The notes under the pieces are model-generated. The model was not told where the DNA came from. It did no database searches and was given only the letters and a program-made list of their open reading frames with translations. DNA of 32,000 nucleotides from Staphylothermus hellenicus DSM 12710. Its GTDB lineage: Archaea > Thermoproteota > Thermoprotei_A > Sulfolobales > Desulfurococcaceae. The stretch is taken from positions 900,001 through 932,000 of the forward strand of contig NC_014205.1 of NCBI RefSeq assembly GCF_000092465.1, in the 5' to 3' direction. Position numbers and translations under genes: made by a program. This document shows, in pieces, positions 17,845 through 26,895 of the stretch (position 1 is its first letter; each line of letters opens with the position of its first letter).

Positions 17845-19215
17845 ATGCGTGAATACATGCTTGAATTATCTGATAAGATATTTAATGAATTATTGAAGAG
17901 AGGGGTTGAAGAAGCAGAATTCTATGGTGTATGGACAAAGAACATGTTAATAGATGCATCACGCGATGAAGTGAAAACAGCTACAACTAGATATGTTGTA
18001 AACTATGGTGTTAGAGGAGCTATTCAGAGAAGAGTTGCAGGAATTGCTTCAGAGGATTTAGAAGCTGATCCATCAAAACTAGCTGATCAATTATTATCCT
18101 TGATAAAAGCATCACCTGAAGACAAGTATTGGCCGGGCTTCGCAACAGGTTATAGTAGAGGAGTTATGGGAGACGCCTACGATGAGAAAACCGCTAAGAT
18201 CCCTCCTGAGGAAGCAATAGATATAATGATCCAAGCCTTCAACGAATCAAAAGATATTGCAAGGAAGAATGGAGCTGAAGAATCAGTAATTACTAGAGGA
18301 AGCTTCAGAGTAGGGGTTGGAGGAGTATTTGTTGCAAATACCTATGGTGAAAACATATATGAAGAATTCACTGCTACAACACTAATGTATAGTGTCAAGT
18401 CTAGGAAGGCCGGTGAAGAATCCAGTTTTGACGCATATTTTGGTAGTAGAAGAATAGATATTGATGAAATATTGGAGCAAGCCAGAAGAGCAGGCGGGTT
18501 CTCAGTTAAATTTATTGGGGCAAAAACAGTTCCAAGCGGCGAATACACTGTAGTAATAGATCCATATATGACAGCATTATTCCTATCATCAGCTTTGATC
18601 CCAGCATTTTCAGCTCAGAATATTCAACAAAATCGTAGCCCGTTAAAGGACAAGCTGGAGAAACAAGTCCTAGCAGAAAACATAACCATTACAGATGAGC
18701 CAGGAATAAATTGGGGACTAGGCACACGCAGCTTTGACGATGAAGGAATACCTACTAGGACAAAAACACTTGTCGATAAAGGTGTTCTAACCGGGTATCT
18801 CTACGACTACTATACAGCTAGAAAAGAAAACAGACACTCTACTGGAAACGGTTTCCGTAGACAACCATCATCACCGCCCTCACCGTCTCCAACGAATTTT
18901 GTGTTGAAAGCTGTGAAAAACCCTGTAAAAATAAATAATATGCTGGAAGATGTTGGGAGAGGAATAATAATTCATGGAATGATCGGGTATTGGATGTCTA
19001 ATTATGTAAATGGAGCTGTTCAAGCAACAATTACTCATGGATTCTACGTTGAAAACGGTGAGATAAAATATCCTGTTAAAGGATTAGTTGTTGGCGGAAA
19101 CATCTATGATTGGCTAGGGAAACAACTAGTTAGCGTCAGCAAGGAAATCTATAGGGTAGAAAACACTTATGCACCGCAAATAATTGTTGAGAAAGCAAGA
19201 ATTGCTAGTAAATAA
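17845..19215 (+). CDS. pmbA: PmbA/TldE-type partner of TldD (peptidase U62)
   Basis: ORF track 17827..19215 (TTG). I prefer ATG 17845, 1 nt after the tldD stop. Paralogous to TldD without the HExxxH motif; conserved FDDEGIPT and GNGFR blocks. Confidence 0.82.
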   Translation: MREYMLELSDKIFNELLKRGVEEAEFYGVWTKNMLIDASRDEVKTATTRYVVNYGVRGAIQRRVAGIASEDLEADPSKLADQLLSLIKASPEDKYWPGFATGYSRGVMGDAYDEKTAKIPPEEAIDIMIQAFNESKDIARKNGAEESVITRGSFRVGVGGVFVANTYGENIYEEFTATTLMYSVKSRKAGEESSFDAYFGSRRIDIDEILEQARRAGGFSVKFIGAKTVPSGEYTVVIDPYMTALFLSSALIPAFSAQNIQQNRSPLKDKLEKQVLAENITITDEPGINWGLGTRSFDDEGIPTRTKTLVDKGVLTGYLYDYYTARKENRHSTGNGFRRQPSSPPSPSPTNFVLKAVKNPVKINNMLEDVGRGIIIHGMIGYWMSNYVNGAVQATITHGFYVENGEIKYPVKGLVVGGNIYDWLGKQLVSVSKEIYRVENTYAPQIIVEKARIASK

Positions 19216-19217
19216 TA

Positions 19218-20129
19218 CTAGTCAATATGTCTAAGCTCAAATGTATGGGTTGGATCAAGAACTTTTTTCTCCCCCGCCTCAACCTCAATAATTAATTCAC
19301 CAGTATCCCTAACATCTACTGCCTTACCAACTAGTTCTCCCTGAAGAGTTTTGACAAGAACTTTCCTATTCAGTGTTTCAAGGTATTCCATATAGTTCTC
19401 CCTTATCTTCTCAGGCTCTAAAGAAAGTTTTTCCATCCTGCTCATCCAGCCTATTAATAGTGATAAGAACCTGTTTCTAGGTGTTAGTTTATTCAATATG
19501 TTTTTCAACGATATAGTGTCTGGGAGGGGTGGATCATTGTTAATGTTTATTCCTATACCAATATATAGTAGTATTTGATCCCTGAATGCCTCTCCCTCTA
19601 TAAGTATACCTGCAATTTTCTTATTATCAACAATTATATCATTGGGCCATTTAATACTTGCTTCTACACCATAGCTTTTCCTAAGTATTCTAACCAATAT
19701 AATTGGTATAATTATGGGCGTCATACTAGCTGTCTGCGAATTCGTTAATATTTTGAACGTGGTCCATAAACCCCCTAGATCACTATACCATTTCTTCCCA
19801 TGCCTACCCTTACCAGCCAACATATACTCTGCAACAATAACACTCCAAGGACTAGCACCCTTCGCAGCCTCCTGTGTTGAGCCAAGCAATGGTTTATGTA
19901 TTAGAAGCCATCCCCAAGGCTTTAACGTGCTGGGATTATCCGCTGGATTCCATATAATCCTGCCTTTCTCAATACTTATCAAGTAATTCTTACTCATATC
20001 ATTAACTATTCTCTCTAAAAGACCGGGCTGAATACCTATCTCCCAAGCTAGTTCTCTCAATACATATTCTTGTCTATGAATAAGCTTATCAATTATCAAT
20101 AACTTAATAACTGTTTCCTCGCTAATCAA
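19218..20129 (-). CDS. birA: Biotin-protein ligase with N-terminal wHTH (BirA-like)
   Basis: ORF track (TTG start). GKGRHGKKW (GRGRxGRxW variant) and IKWPNDIIVDNKKIAGILIE (KWPND block). N-terminal HTH LRELAWEIGIQPGLLERIVNDM. Confidence 0.85.
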   Translation of the reverse strand: MISEETVIKLLIIDKLIHRQEYVLRELAWEIGIQPGLLERIVNDMSKNYLISIEKGRIIWNPADNPSTLKPWGWLLIHKPLLGSTQEAAKGASPWSVIVAEYMLAGKGRHGKKWYSDLGGLWTTFKILTNSQTASMTPIIIPIILVRILRKSYGVEASIKWPNDIIVDNKKIAGILIEGEAFRDQILLYIGIGININNDPPLPDTISLKNILNKLTPRNRFLSLLIGWMSRMEKLSLEPEKIRENYMEYLETLNRKVLVKTLQGELVGKAVDVRDTGELIIEVEAGEKKVLDPTHTFELRHID

Positions 20130-20149
20130 TAAACTACATCCCTCAATAC

Positions 20150-20809
20150 CTAGAGGTTTTTCATCTTTCCATATATTTTATCAATTCCTAATATATAGGG
20201 TAGGTTTGGATAATAAACTCTTAGCAGATCATATAAGTTGATTACTGAAGCATTGGTTTTTGCTTCTTTTAAATCAACTATTCCCTTCCTCCACAGATCG
20301 GATAGTAGTTTGAGAAGCAGATTACGTTTTTCCTCCATCTCCCTGGCAGCCTTGTATTCGTTTGGCAAATATATTTGCGGCCAATTAATAGTGTTCCGCA
20401 TTAAGCTACTAATATATTCTTTATCCTTCTCAATAACTGGGCATTTAACGCTTAAACCATAATCAGCAACTGCAAATATTATTTTTAACTCAGTACTTAT
20501 AGTGTATCTAACTTGTTTGGGGACGTAGGGGTAGCTTCTGCAAATCAATGGTTTATATATATTGTTTATTAAGCATAGATTCTTTTTAGTGAGAAAAGGA
20601 CATTTACCATCGATTAACTCCATAGCATAGCTTAAAGCAATATTGACTCTGCGACGAGCATCATATACTTTATAGCCGATCCGGCTCTTATATGGTAGCC
20701 CTAGCTTCCCAGCCAGCAGTCTAAGTATTGTTTCCTCATATGGTAATAGAGATACCGGGGATGCTTTACAGCATTCGCCGCATAATATACACTTAAATCT
20801 CTTATACAC
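20150..20809 (-). CDS. YkgJ/UPF0153-type CxxCxxCC zinc/iron-chelating domain protein
   Basis: ORF track (GTG start preceded by GGAGGAG). FKCILCGECCK motif plus additional Cys (CPFL, CLINN, CRSYP) as in PF03692-type proteins. Confidence 0.7.
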   Translation of the reverse strand: MYKRFKCILCGECCKASPVSLLPYEETILRLLAGKLGLPYKSRIGYKVYDARRRVNIALSYAMELIDGKCPFLTKKNLCLINNIYKPLICRSYPYVPKQVRYTISTELKIIFAVADYGLSVKCPVIEKDKEYISSLMRNTINWPQIYLPNEYKAAREMEEKRNLLLKLLSDLWRKGIVDLKEAKTNASVINLYDLLRVYYPNLPYILGIDKIYGKMKNL

Positions 20810-20841
20810 ACCGACTCCTCCACTGGAGGCGTTAATGATTT

Positions 20842-21405
20842 TTAAACAGTAACATAGTATCCTGGTAGTTTTTCTTTGTAAAGCATTCTTATCCTATTAA
20901 TACCGTCTATTTTCTCAATAATTTCGGCGACAGGTGGTGGAACTAGTTTTTTCCATTCATCACTACCTTCAGCTATTAGTTTTCTAATAACTGTTCCCCT
21001 ATAATTTCTTCTCTCAACTACTGGCGGCTGTATGACATGGTAGCCTTCCTCGATAAAGAGTCTCTGTATAATAGGATTCAATGTTACAACATATTTGAAC
21101 GGCGGACTATATAGTTTCACATAATGCACAGCAGCTCTACTAACTTCTAGGGTTGGAAGAGTCACAGTTATTAGTTTATCTAAAGATAGCCGTGCCCATT
21201 TGATCGTTTCGCGCAGCATTTCTATTCTTTCACCAGCTGTAAACGGGTTTTCTGGTGTATGGCTCTGGCTAGCCATGCCAACTATTATAATTATCTCTTT
21301 AAATTTTTCATGACAATACTTGATCACGTTGAAGTGTCCATAGTGGAGGGGCTGAAACCTAGCGATCATCATGCATCTATCATCAACACCAACCATTACA
21401 GGCAC
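20842..21405 (-). CDS. nadM: Nicotinamide-nucleotide adenylyltransferase (archaeal NMNAT)
   Basis: ORF track. ARFQPLHYGH corresponds to the GRFQPxHxGH nucleotidyltransferase motif, and the size (about 175-187 aa) fits. The start is uncertain: GTG 21405, ATG 21396 (GGTGC 5 nt upstream) or ATG 21372. Confidence 0.85.
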   Translation of the reverse strand: MPVMVGVDDRCMMIARFQPLHYGHFNVIKYCHEKFKEIIIIVGMASQSHTPENPFTAGERIEMLRETIKWARLSLDKLITVTLPTLEVSRAAVHYVKLYSPPFKYVVTLNPIIQRLFIEEGYHVIQPPVVERRNYRGTVIRKLIAEGSDEWKKLVPPPVAEIIEKIDGINRIRMLYKEKLPGYYVTV

Positions 21406-21495
21406 CGCCTACCCTATAGAGTCTTTATAATCAGTTATTAAACATATATTGCTAAGTAATTATATAGGTAGCTCCAGGATAAACGGTGGATAAAA

Positions 21496-22110
21496 ATGTC
21501 ATCTATAATCAAGCTTAACGAAGCATTATCGCTAATCATAGCATCTATCGTTGTATCCCTAGTCTTTGGATTAGACTACTTATTATCAGGTAACCTAGTT
21601 GTTTTCTCAATTATTTCTACCGGGGCAATAATAGCTATGGTTCCCCACGAACTAGCTCATCGATGGAGTGCTCGGAGAATGGGTTGTTATAGTAGGTACG
21701 TCCTAGATCCTACAGGGTTATTATTAACGATTATAACAGCTATACCATTCATACCCTTCAAAATAATTATGCCTGGATACACTCTTGTCATAAGCCACCA
21801 CTATGACCCCATGGAGAATAAGAGGATTAATGGAGTAGTATCATTAGCTGGCCCCGTAACCAATATATTGTTTGCAACAATATCCTTCTTCACAGTTGTG
21901 CTCTGCTTAAAAACCATGATGTGTTCCATGTTATTATTTGGCCTCGCATATTGGACAGCACTACTTAACTCCTGGGTTGCATTCTTTAATCTACTACCTA
22001 TACCGCCACTCGATGGATCAAAGGTTATTTCTTGGAAACCAATACTATGGATCATATCATTTGTTTTCTCAATAGGACTATTCATTACCCTACAGTTCGG
22101 CCTATTCTAA
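21496..22110 (+). CDS. Site-2 protease-like membrane metalloprotease (peptidase M50)
   Basis: ORF track. HELAHRW (HExxH) within a TM segment and FNLLPIPPLDGSKV (NxxPxxxLDG), the two S2P hallmarks. Confidence 0.85.
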   Translation: MSSIIKLNEALSLIIASIVVSLVFGLDYLLSGNLVVFSIISTGAIIAMVPHELAHRWSARRMGCYSRYVLDPTGLLLTIITAIPFIPFKIIMPGYTLVISHHYDPMENKRINGVVSLAGPVTNILFATISFFTVVLCLKTMMCSMLLFGLAYWTALLNSWVAFFNLLPIPPLDGSKVISWKPILWIISFVFSIGLFITLQFGLF

Positions 22111-22153
22111 CACATTTTATATAGGCTCCAAAATATTATACTGGGATAAATAA

Positions 22154-22555
22154 ATGAGCATTATAAGTAGTGGTAAATCCGTCCTAGCTAAACCATTCAT
22201 AGCATTACTGCTATTAACAATATTGTTTTCACTAACCGTTTTTCTCCCACGAATATTTCATCCAAGTTTAAAAAATAATTTCTCACCTATAAGGGGTGGA
22301 TTATCTATTCAATACAAGTTATTAGAAAATAAATCAACATTAACGATTAATATAACAAATAATTATGGTGAAAAAGTATTCATAATCAATATATCAATAT
22401 GTAGATCAACACATCAATTAAACACCGAGATAAAACCAGGTGAATCAAAGTTTTTCACAATAAAAATGCCTAGAGAAAAGAATAATTGTCTTTTAAGAAT
22501 AATATATGAGTATAAGGGTTCACAGAGGATCATTTATAGGCTTGTATCTGGTTAA
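22154..22555 (+). CDS. Hypothetical N-terminally anchored small protein (133 aa)
   Basis: ORF track. Signal-anchor helix (PFIALLLLTILFSLTVFL) followed by a beta-rich ectodomain. No motif recognised. Confidence 0.55.
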   Translation: MSIISSGKSVLAKPFIALLLLTILFSLTVFLPRIFHPSLKNNFSPIRGGLSIQYKLLENKSTLTINITNNYGEKVFIINISICRSTHQLNTEIKPGESKFFTIKMPREKNNCLLRIIYEYKGSQRIIYRLVSG

Positions 22556-22564
22556 AAAAGGTTT

Positions 22565-23362
22565 TTATATTAATAATTCCTCGCTAGGCTTCTTCTCTTC
22601 CACCGTTTCAGATAATAGCTTTATTCTCTTCACGTGCTCCTCTATCTTCCATATCTTATAGCCTAACAAAATATATGTGATCAATCCTATGATAAAGGTT
22701 AACCCGCTAACTATTAGAATGGGGATTAGTGCTGAAAATAATCCCGTGGATAAAATAGATGCTATATCCTCCTGTGTATTAGCAGACTCCACTTGTGGAA
22801 TAAGCTTCTCCAAGTTTTGAGCAGAATATAGTGTTGCAGGTGATGATAATATTGTGAATACTGCTAGGAGAATCATTAATATGAATAAATAGCTGGGTAC
22901 AGCATTGTTGGTATCCCTACTTAATCTCTTCACACCAATCGATTCAAGCATTATGCCTAGCCCCATTATTATTGGTGGAATATAGCTGCTAGGACTCCTC
23001 ATTAAATCAACCGTTTGTCGTAGATAAGGAACAATCTTCTCTTTCAGCTCAGATACTGTTTCATTACCCTTTATCTGAATCTGCGGAACACCCTGCGTTC
23101 CTGGAAGAAGATTTGCACCCCCTATAAAGCTACTATAGAGAATTATTAGTAGTGTTATGATCGAACCAATAATTGCTAGGTCATAAGCAATATTTCTACC
23201 CCAACGTTTGATCTTGAACCATCCAATAGGTATAAGTGCTGAGCCAACAATGTTTCCTATGGGTATTATTCTTAGAAAATACCCTACTGCCAAGTATTTA
23301 CGGGAATTCAGAGGAAAAGATAGTAGTTTTTCCTCCAAAACCTCCACCTGAGCCTTTACCAA
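22565..23362 (-). CDS. Polytopic membrane protein (5-6 TM) with acidic C-terminal tail; last gene of a four-gene operon
   Basis: ORF track (TTG 23362). The start is ambiguous: TTG 23338 follows GGTGGAGG, and TTG 23293 lies 4 nt after the upstream stop. Hydrophobic helices include IIGSIITLLIILYSSFIGG and LFILMILLAVFTILSS. Confidence 0.65.
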   Translation of the reverse strand: MVKAQVEVLEEKLLSFPLNSRKYLAVGYFLRIIPIGNIVGSALIPIGWFKIKRWGRNIAYDLAIIGSIITLLIILYSSFIGGANLLPGTQGVPQIQIKGNETVSELKEKIVPYLRQTVDLMRSPSSYIPPIIMGLGIMLESIGVKRLSRDTNNAVPSYLFILMILLAVFTILSSPATLYSAQNLEKLIPQVESANTQEDIASILSTGLFSALIPILIVSGLTFIIGLITYILLGYKIWKIEEHVKRIKLLSETVEEKKPSEELLI

Positions 23363-23717
23363 TATATTTTTCTAGTTTCTCAATAATTTCTTTTACTCTC
23401 TCCCTCTCATGGTGCCTGATACATTGAGCTATTAATTCATTGTATCTTTTATTATATGATTCCCGATCAATCCTCCCCTCTGCCAGCAACTCTTTAACCT
23501 TAGCTACACATATTTTTTCAAATTCTCTGCTCCAAGGAACAACCACGTATATATATGGATATCTTGGATCAGCCTTTCTTATTCTGACAAGACTTCTAAT
23601 ACCGGCTTTAACAAGTAGTTCTCTAACCTTACCGATCTCCTTCTTCTCGAAAACATAGCATTCGAATGTTTTAAACGCCTTAATCATTCTCTTAGCTAGT
23701 TCGAGTAGTTCACTCAT
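23298..23717 (-). CDS. Hypothetical protein (139 aa) with Gly-rich C-terminal tail
   Basis: ORF track. The start ATG overlaps the upstream stop (ATGA at 23714-23717). The tail GKGSGGGFGGKTTIFSSEFP is encoded in the region that overlaps the downstream membrane-protein ORF. Confidence 0.6.
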   Translation of the reverse strand: MSELLELAKRMIKAFKTFECYVFEKKEIGKVRELLVKAGIRSLVRIRKADPRYPYIYVVVPWSREFEKICVAKVKELLAEGRIDRESYNKRYNELIAQCIRHHERERVKEIIEKLEKYIGKGSGGGFGGKTTIFSSEFP

Positions 23718-24151
23718 ATCTTTTCATCACCTAGTCTCATCTTTTTTATTGGGAGCCTTGTTTTCTCAATGAATAATCTTATTAGCCAAGCATATATTGG
23801 GTCTCCAATGCTTTTCCTAAGGACTCCATCATAGTATTTTGCTCGGTAGAGGAGTTCACCCCTATAATTATATACGCTGATAAAACCTTTGACTTTACCT
23901 AGAAAATTACGTACAAACCATCCATAAACAACGTATTCGCCATGGTTAAGTCTTATGTAAAGCTTCCAAGCACTCCCCTTAACATATGTTGGTTTATCCG
24001 GTTCTCGAGACACAACGTATTCACTAGCCCTATCTACAGGTATGAATCCTTTAGTTCTAGAATATATGTAGGCAACAGATTTCGCAATATGCTTCCCCCT
24101 CCTACTACGAGACTCCTCGATCTTAAGCCCCCCTACAACATATTGGCTCAT
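23714..24151 (-). CDS. Hypothetical basic beta-rich protein (145 aa)
   Basis: ORF track. ATGA start/stop overlaps at both ends (24148-24151 and 23714-23717) indicate translational coupling. Rich in Tyr, Arg and Lys. Confidence 0.6.
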   Translation of the reverse strand: MSQYVVGGLKIEESRSRRGKHIAKSVAYIYSRTKGFIPVDRASEYVVSREPDKPTYVKGSAWKLYIRLNHGEYVVYGWFVRNFLGKVKGFISVYNYRGELLYRAKYYDGVLRKSIGDPIYAWLIRLFIEKTRLPIKKMRLGDEKI

Positions 24152-24411
24152 TGTTTCCCAGCTCCCTCATCACATATATAAAGCAGGGCTCCCTCCTTAA
24201 CCATTATAGAGGGTTTTTCAGCATCAACAACTATTACAATAGGTTCTGGAGACAATTGCCTAGACAACCTAACCTCTCCAGCCTTAATAATAACCTGCTT
24301 AATATGATCAAATCCTTCCTCCCTAACCAGAGAACCATCGCTATCATAAACCCTGGCCAAAACACTATACTCATCCGGCCTATGCTTCAAAGACAAAACA
24401 ACCTTACCCAT
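24148..24411 (-). CDS. Hypothetical small protein (87 aa), first gene of the four-gene operon
   Basis: ORF track 24148..24432 (GTG). I prefer ATG 24409-24411 (MGKVVLSLKH...). A TATA-like ATTATATT (24444-24451) would place the TSS downstream of the GTG. The antisense ORF 24151..24444 is Asn/Leu-rich and judged a shadow. Confidence 0.55.
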   Translation of the reverse strand: MGKVVLSLKHRPDEYSVLARVYDSDGSLVREEGFDHIKQVIIKAGEVRLSRQLSPEPIVIVVDAEKPSIMVKEGALLYICDEGAGKQ

Positions 24412-24516
24412 ACCACGCCAGCCTCCAAACACTTCTATGCATGAATATAATTTATTAGTGGATTCAAGATTATGTTTTTATTGTTTATACTGGTTTCCAT
24501 GTTTTCTATTCATGAA

Positions 24517-24762
24517 TCATTGTTTCATTTTATTTATCGGCACTAGTTTCCTCATATGTTTCAAATACATTGGAAGTTCAATTCTAGAAATGACATGAAA
24601 ACCATATTTTTCAGCGTTCCATATTATGTCAGCCTTTATTCTTCTACGCTCTCGTGGTATCAGCGGAGCATCTATAACAACTAGGACATCAACATCGCTT
24701 AATACAGTCAACCTATTCTCAGCTGCTCCGCTAAAAACATAGATTTCCGCATTAGGTAACAA
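24517..24762 (-). CDS. Minimal nucleotidyltransferase-fold protein (MNT-like), N-terminally very short
   Basis: ORF track (TTG start). IYVFSGAAENRLTVLSDVDVLVVI corresponds to the hGS...(D/E)xD strand-turn of Pol-beta-type minimal NTases, but with SG instead of GS and only about 10 residues ahead of it. Confidence 0.6.
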   Translation of the reverse strand: MLPNAEIYVFSGAAENRLTVLSDVDVLVVIDAPLIPRERRRIKADIIWNAEKYGFHVISRIELPMYLKHMRKLVPINKMKQ

Positions 24763-24772
24763 ATTTACAGGA

Positions 24773-26356
24773 TTAAACGGTTATTTTTTCTTCCTCGTAT
24801 TTCTCAGGGGATAATTCACTATATATTTCTTTGATTATCTTCTTGTACTCGTCAATGCTTATTCCCAGCTCTGAATTAAGTGTTTGCCTTATTTTCTCGG
24901 TAACTATTGATTCATATTCTAGTCTATGCAGTCCTCTCCTAACATATGCTCTGAATATTATCATTAATGGTATGCCCTCCTCAACTAGGAATACGTCTCT
25001 ATCCTTAATGATTTGTCTATCCTTTTTCTTACCAATATGTAGTGTTAAGAGGTTTGCACCACCAGTTTTACCAGGCATGAGTATGCTTCTTGGAACAGGC
25101 GATATATCTAGTACATCTATCCATACATCTGATTCATCAACTCCCTTATCCTTCAGAGAATCATATACTGTTTCCCTGATCTTATCAGCGATTCTTCTAC
25201 GATATTCTTTGTCGAATACTAGTTTTAATATCTGCTTAACTGCCAGGGGTCCTTGATAACTGCTCAAAATATATTCTCTACCAACTCTCTTCCATTCCGG
25301 CTTCCTCTCAATCAATAATCTATATGTTAGCTTGGATAATTCTCCATTACTGCTTAGTGCTTTTTCAAGCATTACATCATATATTTTAACATCAGTTAAG
25401 GCTAAGTAACCATAAGGGTTGCCTCTGGCTAGATCAATTACTCTACCAGTAAGATCTATTTGCTCATCCAGTTTTCTAAGAATAGTTTTTAATAATTGGT
25501 CGAAAGCCCTATTAACACTATGATAATATACGTGTTCAAACATGTTTGCTTTAGCATATAGATAAGCCCTAAACTCTCCCCAAGTATTCCTGTCAAGGAG
25601 GAGTAGTGGCTTATTGTTTTCAAAGTATGGATAAGTATTCTTATAGAGTCTCTCATAATCAATGTATCCATACTCGTTTGTCCCAGTATAGTAGCTGTCT
25701 CTCCTGAGAAAATCAAGAATATCCGCTGGGTACAAGCTATCCTTTATCAACCACCTCATAATCAAGAGAATCTTATCCCTTGGCTCATTTGGGCCTAGAA
25801 TACTCATTAATATATCGTATAAATGACCCAACCCATAGGTGTCTTCGAATCCTCTAATCTTATCCTCCAGTAATTGCTCCACTATTTTATACCCTATTTT
25901 CTCGTGATTATTAACTTCTACTGGAACCCTGTTATTACCCCATAATAGTGCTTCTTCGAATGCGTGTCCAAAACATGCATGACCTGCATCGTGGAGAAGT
26001 CCTGCAAGCCTTACTGCTTGTATTAATGAGTCGGGATCATAGTCTTCCAAGTATTCTTTACCATAATATACTAGTATTTTTGAAATAATATCCTCAACCA
26101 TTAACCCGGCAAGATGCATTACTCCTACAGCGTGCTGGAAACGTGTATGAACCGCTCCAGGATATACTAGGTGAGCTGTTTGCAGCTGTAATATATATCT
26201 TAGTCTCTGTAGTATTAAGCTGTTTATAATTTTCTCCTCTATCTCCCTGTTAAAATACGCGTATCCATATATTGGATCACTTATCTCCTTCCACGTAAAC
26301 TTATGCATATACCTTGCCGCAACATCTCTATGTCTTAACATGGCTACATCAACCAT
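24773..26356 (-). CDS. HD-domain phosphohydrolase, SAMHD1/COG1078-like (putative dNTP triphosphohydrolase)
   Basis: ORF track. RFQHAVGVMHLAG...LLHDAGHACFGHAFE...DILDFLRRDSYYTG reproduces the H..HD..D metal-ligand pattern and the DxxxRD block of COG1078 HD proteins. Confidence 0.82.
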   Translation of the reverse strand: MVDVAMLRHRDVAARYMHKFTWKEISDPIYGYAYFNREIEEKIINSLILQRLRYILQLQTAHLVYPGAVHTRFQHAVGVMHLAGLMVEDIISKILVYYGKEYLEDYDPDSLIQAVRLAGLLHDAGHACFGHAFEEALLWGNNRVPVEVNNHEKIGYKIVEQLLEDKIRGFEDTYGLGHLYDILMSILGPNEPRDKILLIMRWLIKDSLYPADILDFLRRDSYYTGTNEYGYIDYERLYKNTYPYFENNKPLLLLDRNTWGEFRAYLYAKANMFEHVYYHSVNRAFDQLLKTILRKLDEQIDLTGRVIDLARGNPYGYLALTDVKIYDVMLEKALSSNGELSKLTYRLLIERKPEWKRVGREYILSSYQGPLAVKQILKLVFDKEYRRRIADKIRETVYDSLKDKGVDESDVWIDVLDISPVPRSILMPGKTGGANLLTLHIGKKKDRQIIKDRDVFLVEEGIPLMIIFRAYVRRGLHRLEYESIVTEKIRQTLNSELGISIDEYKKIIKEIYSELSPEKYEEEKITV

Positions 26357-26468
26357 ATATACTAGGCTGGTAATACCATATGATCTAATGACTTTATATT
26401 ATTTTTCCCATGACAACTGATCTGTCTCACACCTTATAATTGGACCAGGTAATACATGGGTAATACGG

Positions 26469-26840
26469 GTGGATATACAAGGTTTTAACGGGATCGCCGA
26501 GTTGTTATCGCTTAAACATGTTGGTAAACTTAAATTATTGGCTAGATCAATTGTGTTCCTAGCAGGATATATCTTATCCCCCCTCTCATGGTGGAACGAC
26601 TTATTCGTGAATATACCACTCGCATACTTGCTCGCAACCCTAATCCATAGCCTGGCAGGAATTGATTTCCCAATATTATTCAGCACAGGCTACGCACTAA
26701 CAAATATTGCTGGAATACTAATAATGAAAATAAGCATTACAGGCATCAACAAGAAAAACATGTTGAGAGACCTAATACTAACAATACTCTACTCGATCAC
26801 AGCATACATCATACTAGAAAACATCCCCGGAATACATTAA
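26469..26840 (+). CDS. Small membrane protein (3-4 TM), function unknown
   Basis: ORF track (GTG start). Clear hydrophobic helices (IVFLAGYILSPLSWW, IPLAYLLATLIHSLAGI, ALTNIAGILIM, LILTILYSITAYIIL). The overlapping minus ORF 26399..26686 looks like a shadow, though this is not certain. Confidence 0.55.
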   Translation: MDIQGFNGIAELLSLKHVGKLKLLARSIVFLAGYILSPLSWWNDLFVNIPLAYLLATLIHSLAGIDFPILFSTGYALTNIAGILIMKISITGINKKNMLRDLILTILYSITAYIILENIPGIH

Positions 26841-26895
26841 GGGAAAAATTGTTTAAAAAATAGTTATTATTGGATTACATAGGACTAACTCATCT

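Noticed and set aside
8678-21441. Antisense ORFs 8678..8938, 8960..9223, 9955..10170, 10945..11160, 12363..12665, 13365..13547, 14457..14642, 14821..15039, 15295..15585, 16178..16459, 16560..16772, 16928..17152, 17172..17390, 18342..18548, 19714..19986, 20238..20462, 21259..21441
   Set aside because: They are embedded opposite better-supported genes (helicase, TldD, PmbA, BirA, NMNAT and others). They have low-complexity or Ser-rich translations and no independent signals.
24763-24830. HD-NTase fusion by frameshift (HD C-terminal helix supplying the missing NTase N-terminus)
   Set aside because: The NTase frame contains stop codons (TAA) within the last codons of the HD gene, and no slippery sequence is evident. 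The two are separate ORFs.
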